64,000 nt of DNA from an uncultured Methanosarcinales archaeon (GCA_964508495.1 CAZDUA010000003.1:8867-72866); one strand, 5' to 3'; positions 9,127-18,532 are shown, numbered from the stretch's first letter. Notes: a model not told the origin generated them from the letters alone. Program-made: numbers and translations.

Positions 9127-9741
9127 ATGCATAAGGAGTATGCTTTGCCTGTTGAATGCTATCATCAGCGTTCTCCTGATACTTGTCTTGCTGCTTGTGT
9201 TAGGATGTCTTTGCATTATTTTGGTGACAAGATTGATGAGTTGAAATTTTATCACAAAGCGAGATTCGGTCCTAAATATCCTGGCTTATGCGATGTCTGC
9301 ATTGCTTTGCCTTTAATCAAGCGTGGCTATTCAGTAATCTCATACTGGAATGGTCATCTTGAGGATTGGGGTGTTTGGACTTCTGAGCTTTCTGAACTGT
9401 ATTCTACTCATGAGGCTGCTGCTTTTAAGACCGGGAAGTATCATCGTCGTGCTAATGCTTCCCCTGAGTTGATTAAGAAGTTTTTGATTGGCGGAATTCC
9501 TGTTATTGCTGAAGTTCTCGCCGGCAAATTCTACAGAACAAGAGAAATCGGCACGCATATGATTTTAATTAGAGGATTTGATAAGCACGGCTTTTTGATT
9601 TGTGATCCTTGGGGCATGCAGCATTTTGTTTCTTATGAACACTTCCAAAAAGCATGGGTGCCTAGTAAGAAGTTTGGCAAGAGTATGATTGTTGTTTTGC
9701 CTATTTCGAAGTCAGAATTTCCACAACGTCTCGGTGTTTGA
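9127..9741 (+). CDS. Papain-like cysteine peptidase, C39-like (Peptidase_C39_2-type) domain protein
   Basis: Cys motif SPDTCLAACVRMSLHYFG and downstream His block THMILIRGFDKHGFLICDPWG match the C39-like layout; about 205 aa. Confidence 0.45.
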   Translation: MHKEYALPVECYHQRSPDTCLAACVRMSLHYFGDKIDELKFYHKARFGPKYPGLCDVCIALPLIKRGYSVISYWNGHLEDWGVWTSELSELYSTHEAAAFKTGKYHRRANASPELIKKFLIGGIPVIAEVLAGKFYRTREIGTHMILIRGFDKHGFLICDPWGMQHFVSYEHFQKAWVPSKKFGKSMIVVLPISKSEFPQRLGV

Positions 9742-10894
9742 GCGGTGTTTCTTTTCCTATTTTTCGTTTTGTTTTGACGTCTATTGCTGCTACGAAATTT
9801 TTGGCCAAATCAGTATGAATATGTGCTGCAAAGTCCAGTGCTGTGCTTGTGGGCGGCAATAAGAAGCAGTCCGGTAGTATTCTTCCTTGCGAGTCTCCTA
9901 GTTTTCCTACTCCTCCTGGAAATATTGCGAGATATTTTAGTAATTGCAAAACTGCGATATCGAGCGCGTTCTGCACTCCCGTGCTTCCATAATTGTCGAG
10001 TACTTTGTGTTTGATGAAATTTAAGGCTTGTTTTTGTTTGTCATTGAGTTTATCGCTCATTTCAAAATCTTTTTCTCCGGGTGTGTACTTGATGAGTCCT
10101 GCTTTTGCTGCTTCTTTTAGTGCAAGTTCTGAGTCTCCTGAGCAGGGTATTATGATATAATCAGGAAACAGTTTTTTGCATCTTTCTAAGTTTTCATTTG
10201 CTGTTGGCAGGTCCATTTTGTTAGCAACAATCAGCATCGGCTTCGTTCTTTTTCTGATGTACCTGGCTAAATCGAGTAAGTTCTGGTCCGTCCACTGGCT
10301 TGGTTTTTGTGGGTCTAGTTTCAATGCTGACATGGATTCTTCTACTATTGGATCAGTGACGTTCAGCCCGCTTAGCTGTTTTGCCATTGCTGTTGATAGT
10401 TTTGTTTTTTCCGTTGTTATTGTTCTTGCAAACCTGTCCCATCCTCGATGTATTATGCCTAGTATCCACATGTCGAGTTCTATTTCCAAAAATCTTATGT
10501 CGAATGCGGGATCATAGCTTCCTGGTTGTATTGGCTCTCCTTTCTCGCTTGTCGTGCCTGCCATGTCTACAACATGGATGAAAACATCTGCCTGTCTCAA
10601 ATCATCAAGGAACTGGTTTCCCATTCCTTTTCCTTCGTGTGCTCCGGGGACTAGTCCTGCTACGTCAAGTACTTCTATTGGCACGAATCTTTTATTATTG
10701 ACGCAATACCCGTATCTCGGATTGCACTGTACTCCTAGTTCTTTGTCCACGCAGTCTATTTTGATGAACGCGAATGCCCTGTTTGGTTTTATTGTTGCGA
10801 ATGGATAGTTTGCTATTAGCGCTTCTGCTAGTGTCGCTGCTTTGAAAAACGTGCTCTTGCCTACATTTGCTTTTCCTACTATTCCTACTAGCAT
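9701..10894 (-). CDS. ychF: YchF/Ola1-family GTPase (Obg-related, with TGS-like C-terminus)
   Basis: GIVGKANVGKSTFFKA P-loop, GMGNQFLDDLRQADVFIHVVD; 397 aa. Confidence 0.8.
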   Translation of the reverse strand: MLVGIVGKANVGKSTFFKAATLAEALIANYPFATIKPNRAFAFIKIDCVDKELGVQCNPRYGYCVNNKRFVPIEVLDVAGLVPGAHEGKGMGNQFLDDLRQADVFIHVVDMAGTTSEKGEPIQPGSYDPAFDIRFLEIELDMWILGIIHRGWDRFARTITTEKTKLSTAMAKQLSGLNVTDPIVEESMSALKLDPQKPSQWTDQNLLDLARYIRKRTKPMLIVANKMDLPTANENLERCKKLFPDYIIIPCSGDSELALKEAAKAGLIKYTPGEKDFEMSDKLNDKQKQALNFIKHKVLDNYGSTGVQNALDIAVLQLLKYLAIFPGGVGKLGDSQGRILPDCFLLPPTSTALDFAAHIHTDLAKNFVAAIDVKTKRKIGKETPLKHRDVVEILTSK

Positions 10895-10942
10895 ATTTTG
10901 TGCTCCGACTACGGTGCTTTATTAAATTTGTCCCCCGCTACG

Positions 10943-10950
10943 TTTATAAA
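10943..10950 (+). promoter_or_regulatory. TATA box (TTTATAAA) for the paralog operon
   Basis: 23 nt upstream of ATG 10973. Confidence 0.4.
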
Positions 10951-10972
10951 CCTGAGTTCTTTTAATTCTAGT

Positions 10973-11602
10973 ATGGCATTCCAGCAGTCGACTGAAAACC
11001 CTATTAAGCATCGTTTCTTGGATTTTGGCAAGGATCGTATTGAGATTGCTAACTGGGTTGTTCAGGTGCGTGATGCGTACAATCTTTCTTATGTGTACAC
11101 GATGATTCATGATTGGATTTGTGAGGAGGGCTGGGCTGATCGTGATGATTCTCTTTTTCCTGAGACTTATTACATGCAGCGTGAGAATCCTGCTTTTGGC
11201 AAGGAGATTTGGTTGAGGTGGCGTTTGACTAAGAAGCCTCCGGGCGGAAAGGGCGAATTGTTCAATTATATGTTGGACTTGGACTGGAAGGTTATTGGTT
11301 TGAAAGATACTGAGATTGCTTGGAAGGGCCAGAAAGTAAAAGCTGATAGGAGCGAGTTCGAGCTTACTTGTCGTGGCGCTCTTGTTATTGATAAGACTAG
11401 GCAGTGGAAGTCGTGGCCTTTTTCTGAGATTAAGGAGCTGTACATTAGGCGTACTTTGAGGCACAGCGTTTCAATGCATCGTAAGAACATTTATGCTGAT
11501 GCTTACAGGCTTCGTGATATTGTTATGAACTATTTGAAGCTTGAGACGTTCATGCCTGTTAAGGAAGGCGGCGAGATGTACTTGAAGAGAACGCTTGAGT
11601 AA
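10973..11602 (+). CDS. Hypothetical protein, paralog A of a tandem three-member family
   Basis: ATG 10973 (MAFQQ…) follows a TATA box; shares W-x-D…KxKxQEGxVxV…W blocks with the next two genes. Confidence 0.5.
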   Translation: MAFQQSTENPIKHRFLDFGKDRIEIANWVVQVRDAYNLSYVYTMIHDWICEEGWADRDDSLFPETYYMQRENPAFGKEIWLRWRLTKKPPGGKGELFNYMLDLDWKVIGLKDTEIAWKGQKVKADRSEFELTCRGALVIDKTRQWKSWPFSEIKELYIRRTLRHSVSMHRKNIYADAYRLRDIVMNYLKLETFMPVKEGGEMYLKRTLE

Positions 11603-11611
11603 CTACAAACC

Positions 11612-11619
11612 TTTATAAA
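11612..11619 (+). promoter_or_regulatory. TATA box (TTTATAAA) internal to the operon, upstream of paralog B
   Basis: 23 nt upstream of ATG 11642. Confidence 0.35.
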
Positions 11620-11641
11620 TGGTTTTTCTTCTTGTTTTATT

Positions 11642-12157
11642 ATGCCAAAGTTTGACCAGCCTGTCACTTTAGTCAAGCACCGTGGTTTCTTTAATTATTC
11701 TGAATTGTCGCAGGCCATTCGCAAGTGGTATATTGATGATGATTATGAAGTTTTGAACATGCCTATGTATAAGCAAAAATTTCCAACTACGACTGGCGTT
11801 GAGCACGAGTTTAAGATTCACGGCGAGAAGAACGTTACTGAGTATGTTAAGTTTCACATGGACGTTTTTATACGTATTTACAATATGCGTGATGTTGAGA
11901 TTATTCATGAGGGCAAGAAGTTGAAAATGCAGGAGGGTCAGGTCCAGGTTGAGGTTATTCCTGTTCTTGAGCTTGATTGGCAGAGTCGTTTTAAGGGTCC
12001 TAAGCCTTGGAAGGATTTTTTGTCTGCTTTGGACGAGTTTTACAGGAATTACATTATTAAATACAAGATTGTTGACTACTGGGAAGATATGGTTTTGTTG
12101 AAGAGCTCTCAACTCGCGAGGGTTATTAAAGAGGCGCTTGGTCAAGAGGTTATCTGA
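11642..12157 (+). CDS. Hypothetical protein, paralog B (171 aa)
   Basis: KKLKMQEGQVQVEVIPVLELDWQSRF aligns with paralog C RKVKLQEGRIVIILDGILETDYEGRW; IRKWYIDDDYEVL aligns with MQQWSADKGYWLI. Confidence 0.55.
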   Translation: MPKFDQPVTLVKHRGFFNYSELSQAIRKWYIDDDYEVLNMPMYKQKFPTTTGVEHEFKIHGEKNVTEYVKFHMDVFIRIYNMRDVEIIHEGKKLKMQEGQVQVEVIPVLELDWQSRFKGPKPWKDFLSALDEFYRNYIIKYKIVDYWEDMVLLKSSQLARVIKEALGQEVI

Positions 12158-12660
12158 TGGCAGAAAGGCTTATTGTAGTGGACAAGGAAAGGCTTGACTA
12201 CGCTGGCTTGTTTGATGCCAAGGAAGTTCTTCGTGTTATGCAGCAGTGGTCTGCTGATAAGGGTTATTGGCTTATTGAGAAGCGCCATGGCGAAACTACA
12301 AAGCCGGAAGGTAAAGTTATAGACTTTGATTTTGAGCCTTTCAGGAAGTTTACTGATTATGCGAAGAGTATTATTAAGATTCGCGCGCAATTTCAGGACG
12401 TTAAGGATGTTGTTGTTGAGAAGGATGGGAGAAAAGTTAAGCTTCAGGAGGGCAGGATTGTTATTATTTTGGACGGAATTCTTGAGACTGATTATGAGGG
12501 CAGGTGGGAGAGCAAGCCGGTGTTTTATGTTCTGCGCACTCTTTTTGAGAAGTATGTTTACACTCCTTTTGTCAGCGGTTTTGAGCGCGGGGTGAAAGAG
12601 GACGTGATGGCTTTGAAGAATAATCTCAAGGCTTTCTTGAACCTCACTCGTTATGCGTGA
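12157..12660 (+). CDS. Hypothetical protein, paralog C (167 aa)
   Basis: Start overlaps the stop of paralog B (TGATGG); see alignment under paralog B. Confidence 0.55.
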   Translation: MAERLIVVDKERLDYAGLFDAKEVLRVMQQWSADKGYWLIEKRHGETTKPEGKVIDFDFEPFRKFTDYAKSIIKIRAQFQDVKDVVVEKDGRKVKLQEGRIVIILDGILETDYEGRWESKPVFYVLRTLFEKYVYTPFVSGFERGVKEDVMALKNNLKAFLNLTRYA

Positions 12661-13402
12661 TGAGCTTTTCAAGGCAGTTTGGCGTTTGTGCGAGTTGTTT
12701 CCTCAGCTTCGTCCGGCGATAAAGTATTCTGAAGTTCTTAATCAGGAAGATGTTGATTTATTCGCTGCTTTTGCGAATGGTCACGTTCAGCAGGTATTGC
12801 ATGATTTTCCTACTGATGAGAAAGCGCAGGATGAGCGGGTTTCTCTTTTCTTGCAGGGCTCTACTGGTCTTTCAAGAGTTCGCGAAGCTGATGTTCAGCT
12901 TGTAAGTTCTATCTTGACCGCGGCATCCGGCAATGATACTGGTATTTCTCCTGACATGCGTGACTTGGTCGACTTCTTGCGTGCGCATAAGAGGATTTGG
13001 TGGAGCTTGCATGGTGCTTATGAGAAGATTGTGAAGAACAATGTTGTTGGCACTTGTCCTGTTGTTGTTGCCAGTCCTCCTCTTATTGACCGTATTCTTC
13101 CTTTTGGTTCTAAAATGCACAAGTTTCAGGAATTTCACAAGCTCTTCCATGAGAGCGTTCATTTTGTTCTTGAAGAGAACGGCATTTGTTTTCATGACGC
13201 AGATCTTGATGAGGGGATAGTTACTTATTTCCACCAGCAGGTTGCGGGTAAGAGTGTTTGTGCTTTGCATTATGTTGGTGATGATGGCGCGCGTTATCTG
13301 AAAAATGCTGCTTTGTTTGAGAAATATTTTTCTGGATATTCACGCGAGAACGTTATTCCTGCGCTGAAGCATTTGAGGGTTGAAGACCTTAAAGTTCTAT
13401 GA
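12653..13402 (+). CDS. Hypothetical protein (249 aa), fourth member of the coupled operon
   Basis: Start overlaps the stop of paralog C; no recognisable motif. Confidence 0.45.
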   Translation: MRDELFKAVWRLCELFPQLRPAIKYSEVLNQEDVDLFAAFANGHVQQVLHDFPTDEKAQDERVSLFLQGSTGLSRVREADVQLVSSILTAASGNDTGISPDMRDLVDFLRAHKRIWWSLHGAYEKIVKNNVVGTCPVVVASPPLIDRILPFGSKMHKFQEFHKLFHESVHFVLEENGICFHDADLDEGIVTYFHQQVAGKSVCALHYVGDDGARYLKNAALFEKYFSGYSRENVIPALKHLRVEDLKVL

Positions 13403-13985
13403 GTTTGCCTTTTCTGCCGACGTTTATCACGATCGTATTTCCTATTTTTTCTTCTATGCCTTCTGCTTCGTGAACGTGTCCGCATAATACTATGTCTGGT
13501 TTTGTTGCTTCTATTGCTTTTCTTAGTCCTATGCTTCCTTTGACGTATTGTGAGAATGATTCCATTAAAGTGCCTGCTGGGTGTATGTGGGTTACGAGCA
13601 CTTTCTTTGTCGTTTTTGCCTGAGCGTTTACATGTTTGACTGTATCATAAATCTCTTTTTCTGTTAGCATGTGCATTCCCGCGTTTGTTCCGCCGCATCC
13701 TAGTATGTCTACATTTCCATGCTGTATGCTCTTTCCGTGCAAGTTCGGCACGTTGTATTGTGCTGATAGGAAGTCTGTTGCCAGCCAGTCATGGTTTCCT
13801 GGTACTAAGAAGACCGGCTTTCCTGTTTTGACGAAGTGGTGCATTATTCCTGCTGTGTCGTCTTCTTCTACTATGTCGCCGTTTAGAATTATAATGTCCG
13901 CGTTTTCTTTTACAGCTTTTTCTGCTAGGTAGAGCGCTTGTCTTTTGTCACCGTGGAAGTCTCCTGCTGCGAATATTCTTACCAT
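13389..13985 (-). CDS. Calcineurin-like metallophosphoesterase
   Basis: MVRIFAAGDFHGD…IIILNGDIV…LVPGNHD…CGHVHE motifs. Confidence 0.8.
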   Translation of the reverse strand: MVRIFAAGDFHGDKRQALYLAEKAVKENADIIILNGDIVEEDDTAGIMHHFVKTGKPVFLVPGNHDWLATDFLSAQYNVPNLHGKSIQHGNVDILGCGGTNAGMHMLTEKEIYDTVKHVNAQAKTTKKVLVTHIHPAGTLMESFSQYVKGSIGLRKAIEATKPDIVLCGHVHEAEGIEEKIGNTIVINVGRKGKLIEL

Positions 13986-14024
13986 AAATGTATATTCTCT
14001 AGTATCTATTTAAAAGATTATCGC

Positions 14025-14675
14025 TTACCAGAAGAAGAATCGTCTTTTATTTTTTCTAACTAGTTTATTTAACTCAAGTTCTAATTGCCCTGCATTCGGA
14101 AATCTTGCTTCGTCTTTTTTGAATTGTGGGCTGTGATGCAAATGTCTGCCGGGTTTTGCTGTGTATTGGTGTTTCTTGTGCAGCATTTCGTGGTACATTA
14201 CGTAATCTCTCAGTTCTGTATTTTCCATTAATATTGAGCTGATTGTTATCGTGTCTGTCGCGTACTCGTATGTTCCCAGCCTGTTAACGCCTTTTCCTAT
14301 TTTGAGGTTTGTCTGCATCATCATTCCGTTGAAGAACATCTCATTAACTCTCTTGAAGCTTTCTTCCAAAACCGGATGCGTGTGAGTTTTGGGTGCTACT
14401 GTTGACAAACTTTTTATGAAGTTGTGGTACAAATCAATGTTGATTGTTGGTCTTTTCGTTTTGAATAATCTGACTAAAAGTTCTTGGTACAGCCCTTTTT
14501 GTATGTCTGGGCTTACTCCTTTCCATTTTTTGCTCGCGTTGACCGTTATCGTTTCCACGTTCATTCTTATGTTTGCGTTGTATCCTTTGAATTTCCCGCT
14601 GTATTGCAGAATTAGCTGTCTTTGTTCGCTTTTTTCCGGGTATATTTCTTGGTATGCTTGTTCTAGTATGTTCAT
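14025..14675 (-). CDS. SprT/WLM-like zinc metallopeptidase domain protein
   Basis: HEMLH (HExxH) motif in the C-terminal half; ATGA overlap with the upstream aRF1 gene. Confidence 0.4.
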   Translation of the reverse strand: MNILEQAYQEIYPEKSEQRQLILQYSGKFKGYNANIRMNVETITVNASKKWKGVSPDIQKGLYQELLVRLFKTKRPTINIDLYHNFIKSLSTVAPKTHTHPVLEESFKRVNEMFFNGMMMQTNLKIGKGVNRLGTYEYATDTITISSILMENTELRDYVMYHEMLHKKHQYTAKPGRHLHHSPQFKKDEARFPNAGQLELELNKLVRKNKRRFFFW

Positions 14676-15769
14676 TCTATCGGGTATCTGAGCAGTGCTC
14701 CTATTTTTCCTATGTCTCTTAGTTGTACTCCTTCTCTTGTTTGTGTGGATATTATTTTTATTTCTGTTGAGAACGCTTTTGCTGTCATTTCGAATTGTTC
14801 TATTTTTTGTTCGTCAAGCGCTTCTGATAATAGTAATGTTGCTACTGCTCCCATTTCGAGTGCTTTCAGGGTGTTTGCTTCTCCGTATGTTACCATGTCC
14901 GGCTTTATTGCAAGAGTTTCTAAGAACTTGCTGACTAGTTTTTTTTCTTCTGCTACTTCTTCATGTGCTAGTACGTCTGTGCTTTTTTCTAAAAGCTCTT
15001 CCAGTCCAAATTCTTCAGTATAACTCAAATCCTTGATCGCGATTATCTTTCGTTTGACTTCTTCTGTTATGTGTCCGCTGGCTACAAAATCGTATTTTGT
15101 TGGTCCTGGCCCGCCTACAAGTATGCCCTTGAGCCCTTCCATTTTCAGAAATTGGGCTTTTACTATGTCTGCTACTTTCTTAAAGTGCTCATTAACTGCA
15201 ATTTCTCTGTTGCGTGCAAATCTTACGCTTGATTGTCCCCCTGCTTTCATTTTTCCTGGTATGTGCGAGTGTGTTGAGATTAATGGAATAATCGTTTTTC
15301 CTTTTAAGATCGCAATTGTCGCATCTCTGGAGTCTAAAACTATCATTCCGTACGCTTCTTTTGTTTCCATCATTTCTTTTAGTATGTCTATCTGGAAGTT
15401 TTTGTCGCACCTGTACATTCTTGTTTGAACGGGGATTGGTGGTTCTATTCCCCAGACTCTTACGTCTGTCGCTCCTTCTCTTGCTGCCACGTTTCCTGAG
15501 AATACGGCCATTCCGTTTTTTGGCGTGCTTTTGTATAGTCTGAGGTGGACTATCATTCTTTCAAGCGCGTCTATAACGTTTTTTCTTGTTTGCGCGCTTT
15601 TGATGTTTGTTGCAGTGCCCTGTTCTTGTTGTAAGTGTTGTATTATTTTGTTCAAGTCATAGCCTGCTGGAATGTAAACGGTGACAAATTCGGTATGGCG
15701 CGCGCTATACGACTCTAGTTCTTTTATCAGCTTTTTTAGGTGGAATTTTTCGTTTTCCGTGATGCCCAT
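14672..15769 (-). CDS. prf1: Peptide chain release factor aRF1
   Basis: NIKS motif (TATNIKSAQ) and GGQ motif (KAGGQSSVRFARN); compact at 365 aa. Confidence 0.9.
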   Translation of the reverse strand: MGITENEKFHLKKLIKELESYSARHTEFVTVYIPAGYDLNKIIQHLQQEQGTATNIKSAQTRKNVIDALERMIVHLRLYKSTPKNGMAVFSGNVAAREGATDVRVWGIEPPIPVQTRMYRCDKNFQIDILKEMMETKEAYGMIVLDSRDATIAILKGKTIIPLISTHSHIPGKMKAGGQSSVRFARNREIAVNEHFKKVADIVKAQFLKMEGLKGILVGGPGPTKYDFVASGHITEEVKRKIIAIKDLSYTEEFGLEELLEKSTDVLAHEEVAEEKKLVSKFLETLAIKPDMVTYGEANTLKALEMGAVATLLLSEALDEQKIEQFEMTAKAFSTEIKIISTQTREGVQLRDIGKIGALLRYPIE

Positions 15770-15852
15770 TTTGTGTACTTTGCTCTATCGTGCTATATAT
15801 AAAGTCTTTCTCTAGAAACCTTTTTAAATAGTTCGAGGTTTTCCTTCGTTAC

Positions 15853-16158
15853 ATGGCAGATGCACAGAAGGGTTTGGGTATTGTTAATCGTTTTGGAACG
15901 CGTTATGGCTGGACTTTGAAGCGCAAGCTTGCTAAGATTGAGGTTGAGCAGAAGAAGGACCATAAGTGCCCGTACTGTTCCAAGCTTAAGGTTCATCGTG
16001 TTTCTTTTGGTATTTGGCTGTGTGACAAGTGCAATAGCAAGTTTACAGCGCGTGCTTACACTGTTGGTACTAAATTGAGTCTTGTTGAGCAGGCTGCGCA
16101 GATGGTTGCTGAAGCTCCTGAAATCCGTTCAAAGAAGTCTGTTGAGGAAGAAGAGTAA
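15853..16158 (+). CDS. rpl37ae: 50S ribosomal protein L37ae (eL43)
   Basis: MADAQKGLGIVNRFGTRYGWTLKRKL…CPYCSK…CDKCN C4 zinc ribbon. Confidence 0.9.
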   Translation: MADAQKGLGIVNRFGTRYGWTLKRKLAKIEVEQKKDHKCPYCSKLKVHRVSFGIWLCDKCNSKFTARAYTVGTKLSLVEQAAQMVAEAPEIRSKKSVEEEE

Positions 16159-16163
16159 TAAAA

Positions 16164-16301
16164 ATGGTAAAGTATACTTGTTTTTTGTGTGGTAAGAAGA
16201 TATCTGAAGAGATGATGGGCAAGCGTGTTCGCTGTCCGTACTGTGGTAGTAAGGTTTTATACAAGTCACGTTCTGTTGCAACTAAGGTCAAAGCAATATG
16301 A
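16164..16301 (+). CDS. rpoP: DNA-directed RNA polymerase subunit P (Rpo12/RpoP), 45 aa
   Basis: MVKYTCFLCGKKISEEMMGKRVRCPYCGSKVLYK C4 zinc ribbon; conserved position after L37ae; not in ORF track because under 60 aa. Confidence 0.7.
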   Translation: MVKYTCFLCGKKISEEMMGKRVRCPYCGSKVLYKSRSVATKVKAI

Positions 16302-16627
16302 GTTTGTCTAAGGATGCACAAGAGAGCATTCAGCGTTTGCAAATGATGGAGCAGAACATGCAGTCTTTGAATATGCAGAAGCAGCAGTTTCAGGCTCAAT
16401 TGTTCGAGTTGGAGAGCGCGTTGAAGGAAGTTTTTACTGCTCCGGCTGTTTTTAAGATTGTTGGCGGCATTATGATTGGCACTGATAAGTCTGTTTTGCA
16501 GCAGGAAATGCAGGGTAAGAAGGAGCTTGTTGAGTTGCGCTTGCAGACTTTGGAAAAGCAGGAAACTCAATTGAAAGATAAGGCTAAGAGATTGCAGGAA
16601 GAAGTTCTTGCCAGCGTTAAGGAGTGA
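16298..16627 (+). CDS. pfdB: Prefoldin beta subunit
   Basis: 109-aa coiled-coil protein with central beta-hairpin (VFKIVGGIMIGTDKS); ATGA overlap with rpoP. Confidence 0.75.
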   Translation: MSLSKDAQESIQRLQMMEQNMQSLNMQKQQFQAQLFELESALKEVFTAPAVFKIVGGIMIGTDKSVLQQEMQGKKELVELRLQTLEKQETQLKDKAKRLQEEVLASVKE

Positions 16628-16872
16628 GTGACATGGATGCTTTGCAGCAGGTGATTTTTGCTCTTCGGGAGCTCGAACAGGATTCTTCTACTACTAAGAA
16701 TGTTAAGTCAAAGCTTGCTTCAACTTTGAAGGTTTTGAACACTGATGGTGAGCTTTCAATTAAGGTTAGTAAGGCTTTGCACGAGCTTGAAGTGTTGTCT
16801 GAGGATTCTAACGTTCAGTCTTATACTAGAACTCAGATTTTTAATATTGTCAGTCTGCTCGAAGTCGTATGA
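16624..16872 (+). CDS. Small conserved archaeal protein (UPF0147-like), 82 aa
   Basis: Translationally coupled to pfdB; alpha-helical. Confidence 0.35.
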   Translation: MSDMDALQQVIFALRELEQDSSTTKNVKSKLASTLKVLNTDGELSIKVSKALHELEVLSEDSNVQSYTRTQIFNIVSLLEVV

Positions 16873-17374
16873 TTTTCTGTTTTGACGTGTAGAGGTGTGG
16901 CACGCAGTGTTCGTCTTTGTCTCTTATAGTGCTTGATATTATTCCGAACTTTTCTAGTGTTCCTGTTACTGCGCCGATTTGTACTTTTTTGCCTATGTGT
17001 TGTTTTGCTTTTTTTCTCAGGAATAGTCCTGCGACTGCGTTTGGTATGAAGTCTCTGAACGCCAGCAATATTGAGATGCCGATTATTATTACTGCTAGTG
17101 TTGCTATTATTACGAACACTATTTTTGTTAGTCCGAACTGCTGTAGTATTACCAGAAGTGTTGCCGTGTAGATTACATACTCGAGTATTGTGCCTAAAGC
17201 GTCGCTTAATGGCTTAAACCCTGCTGATACTAGTATTCTGTTGAGTTCTGCTTCTGCTAGTAGTTTTTTTGCTATTCTGCTAGCTAGTTTTGCTATTATG
17301 AATCCTACGAAGAGTGTTATTAGTGCTATGGCTATTCTTATGAGGAAGTTCTCTATTGCCATAAACCATGCCAT
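16850..17374 (-). CDS. Small MscS-like mechanosensitive channel family membrane protein
   Basis: Three TM helices followed by a beta-rich domain (VQIGAVTGTLEKFGIISSTIRDKD); start set at MAWFMAI (17374) after a TATA box, shorter than the ORF-track call to 17512. Confidence 0.45.
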   Translation of the reverse strand: MAWFMAIENFLIRIAIALITLFVGFIIAKLASRIAKKLLAEAELNRILVSAGFKPLSDALGTILEYVIYTATLLVILQQFGLTKIVFVIIATLAVIIIGISILLAFRDFIPNAVAGLFLRKKAKQHIGKKVQIGAVTGTLEKFGIISSTIRDKDEHCVPHLYTSKQKIIRLRAD

Positions 17375-17437
17375 GTTATTGAGTTCTTGTATGCGGGTTA
17401 TAAAGTTTTTTATATGAGTGTGCAGAGAATTCTGTTT

Positions 17438-18532
17438 ATGGACCAGCATGAGAAGATTAGGGAAATAGAAGCCGCGATGTCCAAGGCGAAGTACAACAAG
17501 GCTACTGAGCATTGGTTTGGCTTGATGAAGAGCCAGATTGCCAAGCTTCGTGAGAAGCTTGAGAGGAAGTCTGCTGGCAAGGGCGGTGGTGAGGGCTGGT
17601 TTGTTAAGAAGACGGGCAATTCTACTGTTATTTTGGTTGGTTTTCCTAGTGTTGGTAAGTCCACGTTGCTGAACGCTTTGTGTGGTACTAAATCAAAGGT
17701 TGCCGCTTATGACTTTACGACTCTTGATTGTATTCCTGGAACCTTAAATTATAATAATGCTAAAATCCAGATTCTTGACGTTCCGGGCATTATTTCTGGT
17801 GCTGCTTGGGGCCGTGGCCGTGGTAAGGAAGTTCTTGCTATGGCGCGTAATGCGGACTTGGTGATGTTTGTCGTTGATGCCTTGCACCCAGAGTATTATT
17901 CTGTCTTGCAGAAAGAAGTGTATGATGTTGGGATTCGTATTGGTCAGAGGAAGCCTGAGGTCAAGATTGTTCGTAAGACTCGCGGTGGCTTGAGCATTCA
18001 TTCTACTGTTAAGCTGACTAAGGTGAGTTTTGACACTCTTGAAACAATTCTCAGGGAGTTTAATATTTCTAGTGCTGATGTTGTTGTGCGTGATGATATT
18101 GATATTGACCAGTTTATTGACGCTATTGAGGGTAATCGCAAGTATGTTCATTCTCTTGTTTGTGTTAACAAGGCGGACTTGTTGGATGATAAAGGCCGCA
18201 AATCTGTAATTGGACAGCTGCCCGAGTCTGTTTTTGTTAGTGCTGAGAATGGTGACGGCATTGAGGAGTTGAAGGAGTCAATTTTTAACTCCCTGAATTT
18301 TATCCGCGTGTTTTTGAAAGAGGTTAACCATAAGCCTGACTTGGACGAGCCTATGATTTTGACTCGTCCTGCTACTTTGAAAGCAGTGTGCGAGCACATT
18401 CATCGTGATTTTGTCAAGAAGTTCAGGTTTGCTCGTATTTGGGGCAAGTCTGCCAAGTTCCCCGGCCAGCAGTTTAGGCATGTCGAAAAAGTTTTAGAAG
18501 ACGGCGACATTGTTGAAATTCATATCAGGTGA
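17438..18532 (+). CDS. DRG/Rbg-family GTPase (Obg superfamily) with TGS domain
   Basis: MDQHEKIREIEAAMSKA…KATEHWFGLMKSQIAKLR; FPSVGKSTLLNALCGT; DVPGII. Confidence 0.8.
   Translation: MDQHEKIREIEAAMSKAKYNKATEHWFGLMKSQIAKLREKLERKSAGKGGGEGWFVKKTGNSTVILVGFPSVGKSTLLNALCGTKSKVAAYDFTTLDCIPGTLNYNNAKIQILDVPGIISGAAWGRGRGKEVLAMARNADLVMFVVDALHPEYYSVLQKEVYDVGIRIGQRKPEVKIVRKTRGGLSIHSTVKLTKVSFDTLETILREFNISSADVVVRDDIDIDQFIDAIEGNRKYVHSLVCVNKADLLDDKGRKSVIGQLPESVFVSAENGDGIEELKESIFNSLNFIRVFLKEVNHKPDLDEPMILTRPATLKAVCEHIHRDFVKKFRFARIWGKSAKFPGQQFRHVEKVLEDGDIVEIHIR

Noticed and set aside
13294-13485. Arg-rich 63-aa minus ORF
   Set aside because: Low-complexity antisense ORF overlapping the 3' end of the 12653-13402 gene and the phosphoesterase gene.
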